A stretch of DNA of 64,000 bases from Conidiobolus incongruus B7586 (Eukaryota). The translations under genes and the position numbers were made by a program. Position 1 is the first letter of the stretch; the number at the start of each line of letters is the position of its first letter. Shown here piece by piece: positions 13,861 through 28,856 of the stretch. The stretch spans positions 1-64,000 of the forward strand of contig JNEM01013522.1 in NCBI GenBank assembly GCA_000697335.1. The letters are read 5' to 3'. The notes under the pieces are model-generated. The model was not told where the DNA came from. It ran no database searches and was given only the letters and a program-made list of their open reading frames with translations.

Positions 13861-14909
13861 ATAATTGATGTTTTTTATAATTTATATATATAATATTTTT
13901 ACTTTATATTTATATATTATTTTATTCTAAATCAAAATATATAATAAATGATATCATGTTTAGCAATTAAAATAATTTTAATATAGATTCTTAAATCTGA
14001 GCTTTATTTTAATAGGTTTTATTTAACTATAGATGCTGTAGTTTTTTAATTTGAATTAAACTTTGTGATAATTTTTATATTTTGAATTATTATATTAAGT
14101 TTTAGCTTTAAAACAAATTTATATGTATATATAACATACTTATATAATGAATATTCAAGCATTTTAAGTTTCTAGTAATAATACAAAGGTATTTTTTAAT
14201 ATATTTCATTACACCAAATTATTAGAAAAATACTGGTTAAATCTCACTTTTTAAATTTTACCAAATTATGAATAGTTTGTTTTCTAAATTTAAAATCAGA
14301 AATATAATAGTAAAAGATACTGTCGGATAAGAGATTATCTCCATAAGTTATTTCTCATATTTAAAACAACTTAGAGGATATGTGTTTTTGAATTAATCAT
14401 ACTAAAAAAAATTTTGATTATTGCTATTTGAGTTATGCATAATTAAATTTGATCTTAAATTTTTCAAATTATTTTAATCAAAGAAAGTGGATATATATAA
14501 TTTCTCCAATATATTTTATTTTAAACTAATATTCTAAAACTATTAATACGTTTGAAAAATCAAGAATTAACAAAATGTCAGTACATAATTTTTGGAGTAA
14601 TATCACTAAAGAAAATATATACAATCTATATGTGTTATAATGAGATATAATAATACTGAAAGTCAATTCCAATTTTGCTTGTATTATAGATATGTACAGT
14701 TCTCAAAAGGTCTGAAATTTATATTTCAAGGTTGAATATGAACAGACTTATAGATTCAGGGATTTTTGAAATGATTGAGACAAAACATTCATAAATCCCA
14801 TAAAATCAATATAAAGTCACAATGCAACTAAAATATTTAAATACTATTGACTTTCATTAAATCGATAAATTATCATTTGAATATTTTGCTTAATAAATCA
14901 GTTCAAATA

Positions 14910-16347
14910 ATGAAAAATCACGATTGGGGATTTGTTTTTGGTTTAAAAGAGTTTACACAATATATGAATCAAAGAAGATTAATTCGATTAAGCAAAACTT
15001 CAAGGAATATATATACAAAGTTAAAACCTGTGATATTTCGAATTTTTCAATTGAATGAATATCCTCATGGTGTGTTTCCTAAGCGACCTGTCTTTTGTCG
15101 TGTAATCAGAGGTGATGTTGAGCCTGATACTGACTCGATTGAGCCTAGCGAGGGAAGTTTCAATTTGGAAATTGATGCTATCGATGAAATCGAAAAAAGT
15201 TCTATAGCAAGCCCGGAGCATAATGACTCACTTATTGAATATCCTGTATCTGAGCCACACACTTCCAAAGCTAATGATCTACATAGTAATCTTGACCAAT
15301 TCTGCAAAGATTTGATGCTCTATCAATATCAACCTTGCAATTTATTTGCTGGAAAATATGCTAATCACCATTATTTACAAGAAATTACCTATAAGTTCAA
15401 CTGCATCAAACTTTTGTATATATTTGAAACAAAACTCTCATTGGAGTCATTTTTAAAAAATTCTTTCTTCTCTTAACAACTTACAATCACTAGTACTGAA
15501 TGATGCTCAGTTCATTATATTTTCTAAAAATTTGCTATCCACAGAAAATATAACTCTCCCGAACAAATTGAATCGATTGCATCTTGAAAAATGTTATGTT
15601 CTCTTATCAGATTATGAAGAAGACCCAATGTTATTAGATTATTATTATTCTAATACAAGTAGTTCTGAAGACTTTTTACTTCCTCCTCAGCATTTATCAA
15701 ATTTGAAAAGTTTGACTTATAAGACTTATCATATCAATCAATACATGGTTCAGCAATTTTTAACCCTTGATCCGCAGTTATGTTCGTTGAGCACAGATTT
15801 TAATAATAACCACGAACAAAATCTCAAATTAATTCAAAATTTTAGCCAATTGAATAATATTGATCTTTCCTTTAAACTTATTGAATCCATCAATATATCT
15901 CAATATATAATACCTAAATTGAAGTCCATCAAGATTTTGAAATTTCGAGGCATTTCATTTGAGACTTACCAGCTAATCGAAAAGATTTGTCTATCTTGCC
16001 CAAACCTTGTAGAACTATGCCTATTCATTACAGCTAACAATTTGGATTACATCGATTCCATCGTCCCAAAATCGATCCATTTAAACCAATTAATATTGGT
16101 TTAATATTCATGCTGTGATATTGAAAATTTATCAAAATTAAATTTATCTAATGTTGATCATCTAATATTACAATGGCGCAATCTTAATTATTTAGATATG
16201 TCATTGTTTGGCAAGTATAAAAATTTGAGGACAGTTAAAATTCGATTCAAAGTAGGGAACTTTGAGCCTAATGATGAGGTTTATAAAGAGTGTCACAATT
16301 GGAAATGCATATTTTATCCCCAATCCGTCCAATGATACCGAATCTAA
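14910..16347 (+). pseudogene. Recently inactivated intronless F-box/LRR gene with acidic linker
   Basis: MKNHDWGFVFGLKEF start, +1 A in an A6 run (15455-15460), in-frame TAA at 16102 and TGA at 16333. Otherwise reads through to NWKCIFYPQSVQ*YRI*. Confidence 0.85.
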
Positions 16348-17071
16348 ATTTATGAATTTTACCATTCAATTAATATAATGATTAATAGTTTTGATATATT
16401 ATAATTCTTCTAATATAAATTTATATTTTTAATACCAGTGAATATATATATATACATACTTTAAATTGGCATATTCGGCTAAAATATACAACAAAATATA
16501 TAAAATATATTTAATTTCAAAACTTTTTATAGGAATAATATAATTGTTAGCTATAAATGAATATTTTAAATATTAAATTATAATTATGAAAAACAATTTT
16601 ATTTTTGTCAATTTTACTATCTTGTATATTTAAAATTAAAATTCTAGTTTAGTAATTTCATTTTGTGATATTGAACTTTATAATCAATAAATCCTTTTAA
16701 CCATTAATATAAATAATAAAAGTAATTATTATATGAACAAATATCTTCTTTGCACTATAAAATAGTGATTGAATATATAGTTCATGGTTGATCGATAATT
16801 AATTGGATTTAATTGAAAGGTTGATTCTAAAATATTCACTAATTCATTTATTTACTAAGAAATTCATTAAATATATTTGAGCTTGGATCTCAAAATCCCA
16901 TAATTCTTTGATGTCAAATTTGGTATTATAATATTATGTTTATAATTAAACTGGCTATATTATTTATCCATTAATCCAGTCCTAGTGATTCATTAATCAA
17001 AATAATTATTTATAAAATACTATAATTGATTATAATCACTATATTAATAATTCTATTTTGTTCATATAAAT

Positions 17072-18496
17072 ATGACTAAAGATCCAAACTGGGAATTTGT
17101 CCTCTGCTTAAAGGAATTTCAAAGCTATTTAACTCAAAGTCAACTTTTTGAATTAAGTACCTTATCAATATATTGTAGAAGAAAATTGAAAACTAAAATA
17201 TTTCAATCTATTATATTGCAACAATATCCTCTCCCAACCATACAAAGAAATGGTAAACAATATGAAGCCGATTCTATTGACAAGATTGAAACTAAGATTA
17301 AAAAATTGACTATTAATGAAAATGACATAATTGTCAAACAAAGCCAAAATGACAATCCTACTAGTTTAGAGAATATTGCCATTGATTCCAAGTGTTCAGA
17401 AATCATCGACATAGAATACTACTTACACAAGTTCAGATCTGATTTATCCAAATTTCCCTGTCAACCTATTAATTTAAGGTTATTTGGATCTATCAAACCT
17501 TGTTACATTGTTGAAATGGCTAATATCTTTCAAAATTTACAAACCCTAGATATTTGTTATATAAATTTGCCTTTGAATTCATTGATTCAAATATTAAATC
17601 ATTCAACTATATTAGAATCATTATCTGTGTATGCAACAAAAATCATTAAATTTCAAAATGATCATGATCATGATCAATTGGAAAAGATTACACTTCCAAC
17701 TACTTTAAAAAGCTTACATTGGGAAGACTGTTCATTATATACATCCGAATCAAATGAAGATCTAATAACGTTCAACTTTGATGAATATAATGATGATACA
17801 ACAAATGATGAATCCTTAGATCTAACCCCTCAGTTTCTACCCAATCTTCATCATATATCCTACCATGCTGAACATTCTACGTTTACTATCATTCAGCAGT
17901 TTTTATCACTCAACACTCAAATCTACTCTCTTGATACTACCTATTATGGATCATTACTTGAAGTTGTTATCACATTACTGGAAGCATGCAAACAATTAAC
18001 TCACTTAAAGTTTGAATTTTATTTAGAAACACCCCAAGATCTCTTAACCTTTATATTCCCCATTCTACCCTCGATCAAGTCTCTAAGATTCGATTATTTT
18101 GATACCTTAGCATTGGGTGTGATTTACAAAATATGTACATCTTGCCCGAATCTTGAGGAATTGTATACAATCTTTCATTTCATCAATATGAAGCTGTTTA
18201 ATTCAATATTATCAGAATTACCAAAGCTCAAGAAGTTGACACTTAAAAATGAAATATCCACAAAATGGATACTAGAACTATTTCAACATCAAGAGTTAGA
18301 GTTTATACAGTTAATTGACTTTAAATCAAAGAATATTGATTTGACCAGGTTTGAAACGATGCCAAAATTGAAACACGTTTCTTTTAAGGGAAAAGCACAG
18401 GCATCTGTGAATGCTGGCTCTGACGACTATTTCAAACAATTTTCCAATTGGAAATGTATTACTTATCAAGAATCCATTCAATGCTATAAACAATAA
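17072..18496 (+). CDS. F-box-like/RNI-like LRR protein, single exon, 474 aa, intact
   Basis: Uninterrupted ORF with NWEFVLCLKEFQSYLTQSQLFELSTLS, KICTSCPNLEEL and C-term NWKCITYQESIQCYKQ. Confidence 0.9.
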   Translation: MTKDPNWEFVLCLKEFQSYLTQSQLFELSTLSIYCRRKLKTKIFQSIILQQYPLPTIQRNGKQYEADSIDKIETKIKKLTINENDIIVKQSQNDNPTSLENIAIDSKCSEIIDIEYYLHKFRSDLSKFPCQPINLRLFGSIKPCYIVEMANIFQNLQTLDICYINLPLNSLIQILNHSTILESLSVYATKIIKFQNDHDHDQLEKITLPTTLKSLHWEDCSLYTSESNEDLITFNFDEYNDDTTNDESLDLTPQFLPNLHHISYHAEHSTFTIIQQFLSLNTQIYSLDTTYYGSLLEVVITLLEACKQLTHLKFEFYLETPQDLLTFIFPILPSIKSLRFDYFDTLALGVIYKICTSCPNLEELYTIFHFINMKLFNSILSELPKLKKLTLKNEISTKWILELFQHQELEFIQLIDFKSKNIDLTRFETMPKLKHVSFKGKAQASVNAGSDDYFKQFSNWKCITYQESIQCYKQ

Positions 18497-18519
18497 ATTA
18501 ATTATTTTTTGCCCTTTTG

Positions 18520-18640
18520 ATTTTTGATTAATTAATTTCCATTTCTATCCTTATTGAATTACAAGCAATTAGTAAAATTGAGTGCTCTGTGTCGTGTTGC
18601 ATATTTAAAGTATCAATAAAAAGTACCTTACAGATTAATT
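18520..18640 (+). pseudogene. Isolated F-box-motif fragment
   Basis: Reads YLNYKQLVKLSALCRV, matching the family YLNQEELVKLSTVSKL motif. Confidence 0.45.
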
Positions 18641-18889
18641 CCTTTGAATGTAAATTGCTTGGTTAATCATCAATTATGATACAATTTCCAAATTAAATTA
18701 AATTGAATCTTTTCAAATTAGAATGGAAATTTTGCAATCTTTTGAATTTAAAATGTCAAAATAATATTACTGTCTGAAATCCTATAAATTGAAATATTCA
18801 ATATTGGAAATTTATTCTGAATAACCATAATCTCTAATTTATTTCAAACTTTCTAAATAGTTTACATTGTAAAATCAAATTATTAAATT

Positions 18890-20276
18890 ACAATTCTACA
18901 TCACAAAATACTTCATTTTCAGCAATTAAAACAATAATTTAATATATTTCAGCAACAGTAAATTAATATTTATGAATTTAAATCAAAAAGTATTATTTAT
19001 ACTAGTTACATAATTGAAAAAAATTCAATTTCTTTAAGTATATTTATATATTTGTATGTGTAATGACCACAAATTCCTAATAATAATAAAATGAAACTGA
19101 TTAAACAAGAATACTCTACAACGAATGTTTTTTGCCATATTCATATATTTATTAGATAGAAAAAAGACAATGCTAGAACCAAACTTCCAGTAGCATTTTT
19201 TTATTTTATAATTCGATTTTATCTGAATTGATAAGTTCTAGATATCCATAAACAATTAGAAAATTTTCAAAATTACTAATAATCGAATCCTAATTAATTA
19301 CACTATCGAACAAAATGATAGACATTTTTCAAAGAATATTCATCAATTATCAAAATTTAAGAATTTGAATTCATATAATTTATATGTTTCTAAAGATCAT
19401 TTGTTATACATCATAACCTCTTTGGCTGTTTTAGAACCAATCAAGCTCATCCATATAAGTATTCTATACTCTGATAGGAATCCATTGTCATTAGAAGAAT
19501 TACTACTTAAAAACTCAATAAGATAATCCATTTCGAAAATTGTGTTAAAATACCTGAGCTTGAATCGAATTTATTGATAGTCGGCAATGATCAATTGTAC
19601 ATCTATTCTCAGTCCCGAATCTTGTTATTACCTTTTCAAAATCCATTTCAGCTTTGAAATTTAACTTATAGAGCACATCTTAATGGTATCCAGATTATAA
19701 GTAAGTCTTTATCCCTCAACCTATGAATCAAGGCTGCTCACATATATATGGTCATTACTATTACAAACCATATACAGTTATTCATAGCAATTAATCAATT
19801 GAAATCTCAAAATATTTGAATATAACCCTGTAACCTTTAGTAGTATTAATAAATTCGATTATCAATACCTCCCAATCTATAAATCACATTTCAGATAACT
19901 TTTCATTGCAAGAAAAATTATGCTTATCTTGTCCCAATTTGAAGGAGTTGGAGTTCAGTTATACCAAATGATGAATGCAACCTTTTCACTCGCTATTTCG
20001 AAATTGATCAGCTTGAAATCCCTAGTGACTAACAAAGAAGCAGATAGTGACTCATTGAATTTAAATCCAAAGATTATTTTTTTTATATTGAATTGAACTA
20101 CTAAAATTAAACGCCCAAATCTAATAACTCAATTTCAATCATTGCCCAATTAAGCATTGGTAGCAATCATTTATATTTTATGTGTCCTTATTTTACTTTA
20201 TATCACTTAATTTCAAAAAAAAAACTAATGGAATTGTCACATTTCTCATGAATGCGCCTAATTCTGTATAATTTGA
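18890..20276 (+). pseudogene. F-box/LRR pseudogene (20717/38799 subfamily)
   Basis: Recognisable KKLCLSCPNLKELEF (~19912-19957), tctcagtcccga block and C-terminal WNCHISHEC cap. Many stops and frameshifts. Confidence 0.75.
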
Positions 20277-20716
20277 ATTCAAATTATCTATATATACTAA
20301 CAATATTTTCGAAACAGAGGATAAATACATATTTAATTGCTGTGATTTTCTGTCATTCCAATTTATAAAATATTGAATTTTTTTCTTGACTGTTTGTGTA
20401 TATATACTTTTGATGTAGGAATTTTAATATAATGATTATTGTTAAAATTCATTGTCAAGATATATAAAGAGTTGTCCAAAAATATATAAATTAATATCTT
20501 TTATGTAATAACACAGAAATATTTTATTAAAATTGATAAAATAAAAATTTAATTCATATGCCTATTTTCTTTTTAAATTAATATGATTGAAAATTTCTAG
20601 TAATCATTTAACTATCATTAATATCCCATAATTCCATTTAATAAAATAATAATTTATACTCCCAATCTAAGTCCCTGATTTGATATAAATCTTTAATTCA
20701 AATTTAATTAATTACA

Positions 20717-22156
20717 ATGTCCACAAAATTGAATAGTATTAATATTAAGAATGAAAAAACTAAAGAATATTGGTCATTTTTATTAGCATTAAATATATTT
20801 CAAAACTATTTAAGCCAAGAGGAGCTAGTAAAATTGAGTACCGTTTCTAAATTATTTAGAAATAAACTAATTCCAATTATTTTTCAAAGTGTATATCTAA
20901 ATACTGATGCAGAGTATTCTTTTAACAAGACAAAGGAATTGAATTATAATCAGTATGCTAATATGACAGAAGATCAATTGAATCAGTTATTTATCGAGTT
21001 CTCGTTGGAATTTAGACATCAAAAGCTTAGTAAGTTAAATTATAACAAAGTATGATATATAGCAATTCACCTCCACTTTTTAGATATACAAAGACAATTT
21101 CAAGAATTTCAAAGCTATTTACCATTATTCCAACCCCACTTAACAAATATAACAGTTAGACAAAAGGATAGTAAATGTTTACAAAATATACATTCTTTCC
21201 CCCAATTGAAAAAATTACGCCTTTATAATGTCTCCATCAGAAAAGTTGACTTCTTGGCACTATTCAATTCTTTAAATTCATTGGAATCATTAACATTAGC
21301 GGATACTAATATAGTCCAGCATGCGGATGATCCTTTATCTATTCAAGATATAATTATTCCAAGTTCGATAAAGCAACTTCATTTGGCACACTGTTACTTG
21401 ATACCTGAAATTGATTCTAATATACTCGTGAGTAGTCACGACCGCCTTTCTTATCTTTCTCGGTCCCGTATTTTTCAATTTTATCCTCATTATCTACCTC
21501 ACCTCCAGGAACTCACTTATAGTGTATTCAGTCATAATAATTCCATTCCCTCCCAATTTTTATCGCTTAACCCTCAAATCCAGTCTCTTCAAACTTACTT
21601 GATACAACTTAACCCCAAACATATTCAATTCCTTGAATCTTGTAAACATTTGAAATGCTTAAAATTAGAATGTCGTATTGTTTCTCTCCCGAATTTATCT
21701 CCGTATCAGTTTCCGACTCTTGCAAATCTCGAAAAACTTGAATTTATAGCATATAAGCAAATTCATTTTCAATACTTTGAAAAGTTATGCTTAGCCTGTC
21801 CCAATTTGAGGGACTTAGAGTTTTTATATACTATAGAATGGATGAAATCTTTCAACTCACTTCTTCCAAACTTGTCCCATCTTAAATCATTGACTATTAT
21901 TAATACAGCATCAAACGACACTTTCGATTTTTCCCTCAGTGGCCATCCTCACTTGGAGCACATTCAGCTTCAAGGCTTTCATGCAAGATTAATTGATTTA
22001 GCCCGGTTTCAACACTTTTCCAAATTATATCATATTACAATTATAAAATCTTACGATGATCCCGACGTCCATTCTTATGAGATTTTATTCAAGAAATTTA
22101 CTTCTTGGACTTGTATAGTTGGTCACGAATCTATACATTGTTATCGATATCAATGA
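20717..22156 (+). CDS. F-box-like/RNI-like LRR protein, 2 exons (20717-21029, 21084-22156), 461 aa, intact
   Basis: 54-nt phase-1 intron GTAAGT...TTTAG (21030-21083). The spliced frame is open to WTCIVGHESIHCYRYQ*. Confidence 0.9.
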
Positions 22157-22824
22157 TCATTAAAGAATCCTATAACTAATTGATATCATTTGTGTTAGTA
22201 TTATATATGAAAAATAAAATTTATATATTATATCATAAATCGTATTATTATCAAAATTTTTGCATTAATTTATATCTATATTTTGATTATCTATATCAAT
22301 TAACAAATTGATGGATTTACCAAAATAATTTTAGAGAATTTTGAATATATATCATGTAAATTAATAAAATATTTTAATAATTTTAATAAAATCATTTACA
22401 TTCTTGAATATTTAATTTCATATATAATATAAATTGTAAATTCTTATTTGTTTAAAATGAAAAATTATTAAATTTATACTGAATATTTTAATATATTTTA
22501 ATTCTAAAAATTGAAATTTATTTTTTTGTTAAATAATAATAATTCATAAAATTTTTAATATTTTAAGTTATGTACTATTATATATTTTTATTTATTATCA
22601 AATATTTTGGACATAGTCATTTTTAACTTAATCACTAATTTAATTATTTTAAAGAAAAAAAAAATTAATTGAAATTTTAAAATTTTCTCAATGTTGATGA
22701 AAAATTATAATCTATTATCAAACTAAAAAATGAAATTGAAATTAAAAATTAAACACTAATTCATCATTAAATGATTGTGGGTTATTATATATTAAATTTT
22801 ACATTTTTTTATTAAATTGATAAT

Positions 22825-24224
22825 ATGTGAATCTGCCAATAAATCAGACTACGAAAAGGATATGGACAACTTTTTCCCTAATATTAAATTTGAAAGAATT
22901 TCAATTTTATATTAAAATTGATTAGTTCAGTACAATTCGTACATTATTTAGTGATTAATATTTACTATATTTGAAAATGCATAATTTATAATTCATTATA
23001 TTCTTTTACTAAAAGAGAATAAAGGTATTTTAAACAAATTGGCAATGTTTATCGGAATTATGTTAAATTATAAATATTTTACAGTATAATATAGGAACTC
23101 ATAGTCAAACAAATTTAATATTAATTGTATATCGTAAATATTTTTATATTTATGAATATTTTTAGTTATACAAGCAAAAATTAAAGAATTTTAAAATTAT
23201 TCAATATTTTTCCAGCTTCGCACAACGAATCCATGAATTAGGCATAATGTTGACCAATAAACTCCAGTTATTCCAAATATTTCGCATTTGAAAAGTTTAA
23301 ATATATATCGAGTCTGTATTCTTAATGAGGTATTAATGATGTCATTAACATCTATGACTGTATTAGAATCGTTGGCATTAGTTAATGCCAATATCATCTG
23401 GTCTCCGGATAATCAAATGCTTTTACTTAAGGTCTAACTTCCAAATTCCTTAAAAACCTTCATATCAGTGAATGCCACTTAGTTTTGCTACCAGCTCCTT
23501 ATCCTAGAATAGTTCACTTAGATCAATTGACAAATATTTCTCAGTTTATTCTCTTTCAACTCCATCTGCAGTGTCTACCTCACCTTCATAGTCTGAAGTA
23601 TTATGTACATCATTATGACAATCGTATCATTTCCGGGCAACTATTCCTCAAACCTCAGATTCAGATTGTTCATATTTATTTTAAAAATGTTAGTTCAAAA
23701 GATAATGAGTTGCTTGAAGCTTGAAAATTTGAAGTGTTTATCATTCAACTTACATAGAATATATCATAAAAATTTTACTTCGGTACCAAATTCCTTTTTT
23801 TCAAAATCCATGAATTACAGTTTTTATAAAATTATTAACAAAATGATTTTCCATATTTTGAAAAAATTTGCTTAGAATGCCCTGATTTCAAGTAGTTGCA
23901 TTTTGATTATATCTCAAGTGGATACAATCATTTAAAATACTTCTGCTGCAATTATCGACTATCAAACCTTTTACCATCAACAAAGTAATGCTAAATAACT
24001 CTCAATTTCCATCTTTAATACCATTCTCAACTAGGTTATATTCAACCTCGAGGCTTTCATACTAAACACATCGTTTAAACTCAGTAAAACACTTGTCTGA
24101 TGTAAAACATAATACTATTATCAAACAATATAATGATCCACACTTCAATTCATTTGAAAGTTTATTAAATTTAAGAATTGTATATTTCATTGATACTGAA
24201 TCAGTCTATTCTCATGAGATTTGA
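22825..24224 (+). pseudogene. F-box/LRR pseudogene
   Basis: F-box remnant (LILNLKEFQ ~22877), LQCLPHLHSLKY, EKIC/ECP remnant and cap ESVYSHEI*. Frameshifted. Confidence 0.75.
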
Positions 24225-24871
24225 CATTCGATTTCACTTTTATATTCATATGATAACCTTTTAAATATTATTAAATCCCTTAATTCAGAATCAAAATATG
24301 AAAATGAATATATTAATTATAAATGATTATTAATCATATCAAAATATCTAATTACTACATATCATAATAATGGTTATTTACCAGATTTATTTTAAATTTT
24401 ATTACTCGATTCTCTATGTATATTAAATTTAATAGATTATATAGTTTTCTTCACACTTTACTGTAGTTATTAAATATTATATATTATTTTCTCATATGTT
24501 TATATTTGAAGTATCAATGTCATATTAATTAAAAATGAGAAATTTTTAAATTTTAATGTCAAAATAATACCATTAAGTTACAAGTCAAAATCAACTATAA
24601 TTGAAAATAATGAAAATAATTAAAAAATACAGAATATAAACCATTCAAGAGAATTAGTTGTACAACATAGTTGAAAGTAGTAAAAAATGGTATTTTAATA
24701 ATTAATATTTACTTTATAACACCTTTTGTAAAGAGGGGTATTTTTTATGTTTATTGATTCAAAATAAAAAACCCATAATCATTGAATCAAGAAAATCATA
24801 TATAAAAACAATTCAAAGTCACAAATTGAATGATGAATTTAGGAAATGAATTAAGATTCTAGTTATATATA

Positions 24872-24903
24872 ATTGATAATATCATTGATAATATCATTGA
24901 TAA
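24872..24903 (+). repeat. 12-bp tandem repeat (ATTGATAATATC)x2.7 just upstream of the 24925 ATG
   Basis: Read directly from the sequence. Confidence 0.8.
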
Positions 24904-24924
24904 AATTTAAATCGATTACTTAAA

Positions 24925-26361
24925 ATGTCTACATTTGCAACCCTAAACCAGTTTAATCACAATATGAATAGTGAATGTTGGTCACTTATACTAAAACTTG
25001 ATGAATTTTTAACAGTCTTAAACCAAGAGGAATTAGTTAAATTGAGTACAGCATCAAAATTTTTTAGACATCACCTCATTCCTACTATTTGTCGAAATGT
25101 ATATTTCAATAATAACACATCATATAAATTTAACAAATCAATCGAACGCAACTATGTCGAATATATAAAAAATAATTCTTCCACAGTAACAGGAATATTT
25201 AAACATTTTGTACCAGAATTTATGGACAAGATTCCTAGTACGTTATATAATATCTAGATTTTAAAATTAGTTAATAATGAATAATTCTTAGACTTACCGA
25301 ACCAATTTGAAGAATTTGAAAAATACTTACCACTATATCAATCCCATCTAATATCTTTAACTATTCGTCAAGGGAAAAGGCAGTGTTTAGAGAATATACC
25401 TATATGGACACAACTAAAACATTTTCACTTGTATGATGTCTTCATTAATCAAGGTACATTCTTAGTGATATTGAATTCTCTAAAAGATTTAAAGTCATTT
25501 ACATTATCTCATATTACAATCGCAAAATCTTCTTCTGAACTAATATCTATGGAAGAGTTAATTCTACCGAATTCGATAACCACGCTCCATTTGGAAGAAT
25601 GCTACTGGATACCTGAATTCGATCCAGATTCCATAACCACTGTTGGTGAAGGCTTTTCGATACTTTCCCAACCTCGATACTTGTTATTTCCCCCTCAATA
25701 TCTTCCTCATCTTAGACAACTGGCTCATAAAACACTCCGACGTCACCTTTCAATTATTACTCAATTTTTAACTTTTAATCATCATGTTCACTGTTTATAT
25801 GTTGATCTGACATTAGTTAATGAAACACATATCCAATTCCTTGAGGCTTGCAATAGATTGAAAATGTTGGTTATTGATTGCAATTATATGACCTATAATT
25901 CAAGTATTAGACATAACTTTCCTATTCTTGATGGCATCCAATCATTCCAATTTAAAAACCATCAATCCCGTCACTTTGAATATTTTGAAAAAATGTGTTT
26001 AGCTTGTCCCAATCTAGAAGAACTATACTTCGAGTTTACTGATTCATGGATAGAATCGTTTCAATTCCTTCTCCCCAAATTAATCAATCTTAAATCAATA
26101 TATATTTTCAATGGCTCATCTCATAACTCTTCTACACCGTATCTTAAATATCATCCTCATTTGGAATACATCCAATTTCAAAGCTTCAATACCAAAGATA
26201 TTGATTTAACGCAATTTGAACACCTACCCAATATGAAACATATTGGGATAATCAAATATTTTAAGGATCTGGATGCCAATTCACCTGAGGCTATATTCGC
26301 TAAATTTAAGAATTGGAAATGTCTAGTTGGAAATGATTCTATCCATTGCTATAGAATTTGA
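24925..26361 (+). CDS. F-box-like/RNI-like LRR protein, 2 exons (24925-25237, 25292-26361), 460 aa, intact
   Basis: 54-nt phase-1 intron GTACGT...CTTAG (25238-25291). The spliced frame is open to NWKCLVGNDSIHCYRI*. Confidence 0.9.
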
Positions 26362-27004
26362 GCACATTTGGCATATTCACAATTTTTAATTGATTGTTTG
26401 TATATTAAATGTTTTCAAAATATTAAAGGATGAAAATATATCATTATACTCTGGCCTCCTACTTTAATATCAACTTCCAATCCCTTACTCGATAAAATTT
26501 AAATAGTTGAATCAATTGAATTTTGAATATATATTTCATTTTATATTTTTAAGAAAATTAAAATTATAAATTTGATTAAATATATAATGAAATAAAAAAA
26601 ATTTATAATAATAAAAATATACATTAAAAATCAAAATAAAGATTAATATATCCATGGTAACTCTAATATTTTTGAAAATTATATAGTTTGGTATATAAAT
26701 ATATATTTAATTAAAATTTTCTAAATGTAATTCATAATTGAACATATCATTAATTAAAGTATTAAATAATTAAAATTTTGATTTATTAATAAAAATTTAC
26801 TACTAATTCATTCATACGAATCCCAATTATTATATTATATTCTGATACAATCATATAAAATTCACAATTATTATTCAATCTTCAATATTTTTGATAAATG
26901 ATGAAATTTTATTAAAGATTGTAGATTTAAATTAAATTATACAATAGAACTAATGATTTGAAATTTATACTAATTATATAAATTAATTTGTAAATTATCA
27001 AGTC

Positions 27005-28400
27005 AATGAAATCAAAAAAATTGCAATTTAAAAAATAAAAAATTAATCAGTATTGGTGATCTTTGTTTACATTAATACAATTTTTAAATCAAGAAGAGTT
27101 ATTCTAATTAAGTACAATAGGTTATTTTGATTCATACTAATCTCTACTGTTTTTCAATGTGTCTAGTTTAATCGTGATTCAGAATATGTTTTTCTGTAAA
27201 AATATAAAAATTGCTATGAGGATAAAGGGAAATTTGTTTTCAGTCATGAAGGATCAGTGTATAATCAATTCCTCCAAAAATTTGAAATGATTGCTTGCAG
27301 TATATTATTTTATGATACTGTTACTCTAACTTTGATCAGTTTATTATCTTATGATTTTCAAACATAATATGAACAATTTCAAAGATATTGCCCTTATTTC
27401 AATGTTGTCTTATTCCTATTACCGTTATACAAAGGGATAGATAATATTCTGTGAATATTGATCGATTTACCTTATTCAAAGATTTACATTTTTATAATTT
27501 GAATATTTGTATAAATCAATTCTTATTTATTTTGTGCTCTCTAACTTTAGAATTATTAAATTTATCACAAGTTAATATTGTAGAACCTTGTGTAAATCAA
27601 ACATAAAAAGTTCAAGGTGCCAGTTAATATAAGCAGATTTTGTATTGAAGATTACTTTATCATTACAGAATATAAAATAAATTTAATTATAACTAGCGAT
27701 CGTCAAACATTCAATACGTTACAATATTGCTTCCTTCAACTTCTCCTTTGCCAACTATCTGTCCTCCAAAAATTGAATTATAGATCTATTTAGTTTAAAA
27801 CTAACATAATATATGGACATTTACCACTTAATCTTCATGTTGACATTTTATACCAATTAATCACCGGCTAATAATCAGGATATTAAGTTCTAGCAATTTT
27901 GAAATTACTTAAAAAGTTTGTTATTTCACTATAAAATTATATTATTCGACAATTTATCACATTTCCAAGTCTCCACAAACAGGAATATTTAGTTTTTACA
28001 ATTTATATATCATTGCCAAAATCACATCTTCTTGAAAAAAGGCCTGAATTTCCAATTCGAAGGAATTCCAATTTTTTTATACTAGTCCATTTATGTTCAA
28101 GTTTCAACTACTTCTACCGAAACCTACAAATCCTATATTCCTGGTGATAGAAATGACCTCGGTAATAGCCATTTTACTTCCATTTTCAAGGAGCACCCAC
28201 AATTTGAATGTATCGAACTCCAAGTATTTTAAGTATAACAGATGGATTTGAAGTATATGGAAATTTATCACATTTAAAACGTCAAAATTACGCAATATTA
28301 TTAAGATTCCTATATAAATTGATCTAGAGTAAACCTTAAGTGATATTCTAACTATATTTGTTTATTTTCTCACGAATCTGTTCACTGGTATAAAATTTAA
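27005..28400 (+). pseudogene. F-box/LRR pseudogene
   Basis: QYW*SLFTLIQFLNQEELF*LST F-box remnant and terminal SHESVHWYKI*. Interior heavily frameshifted. Confidence 0.75.
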
Positions 28401-28856
28401 TATAATTATAACTATATATAATAAACCTCATTTATTAAATATATAGTAAAATCAAAAATTGATGTTTATCCTAATATCTATTATATGTCAAAAATAATTC
28501 AATCAAAATTTATATATTTATTAGATATTCATTTTTATTTCTGTTTGAAACTATTATTATCAAGATAGCTATTTTGTTTTTATATTTATTTCATGAATTA
28601 TTATAATTATAAATATATAAACAAATAAAGTGTACCTTGATATTATTATAATTGAATTACTTTTGAATTTTCATTATTAAATGCAAAATGGCTAATATTA
28701 TATAATTAGTATATAACAGATTATACAACTATATACTGGGTGTATTATTCATTAAAAAATCAAACATATTCTTTAAATGGTTTTTAACCTTATTAATATA
28801 CATCAAAAAATCAGATATCACTAAATTTAATCTCAAATTTATTAACTTAAATATTA

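Noticed and set aside
15021..17412. Minus-strand ORFs 15021, 15065, 17165 and 17203
   Set aside because: Antisense shadows of F-box/LRR coding sequence with no independent features.
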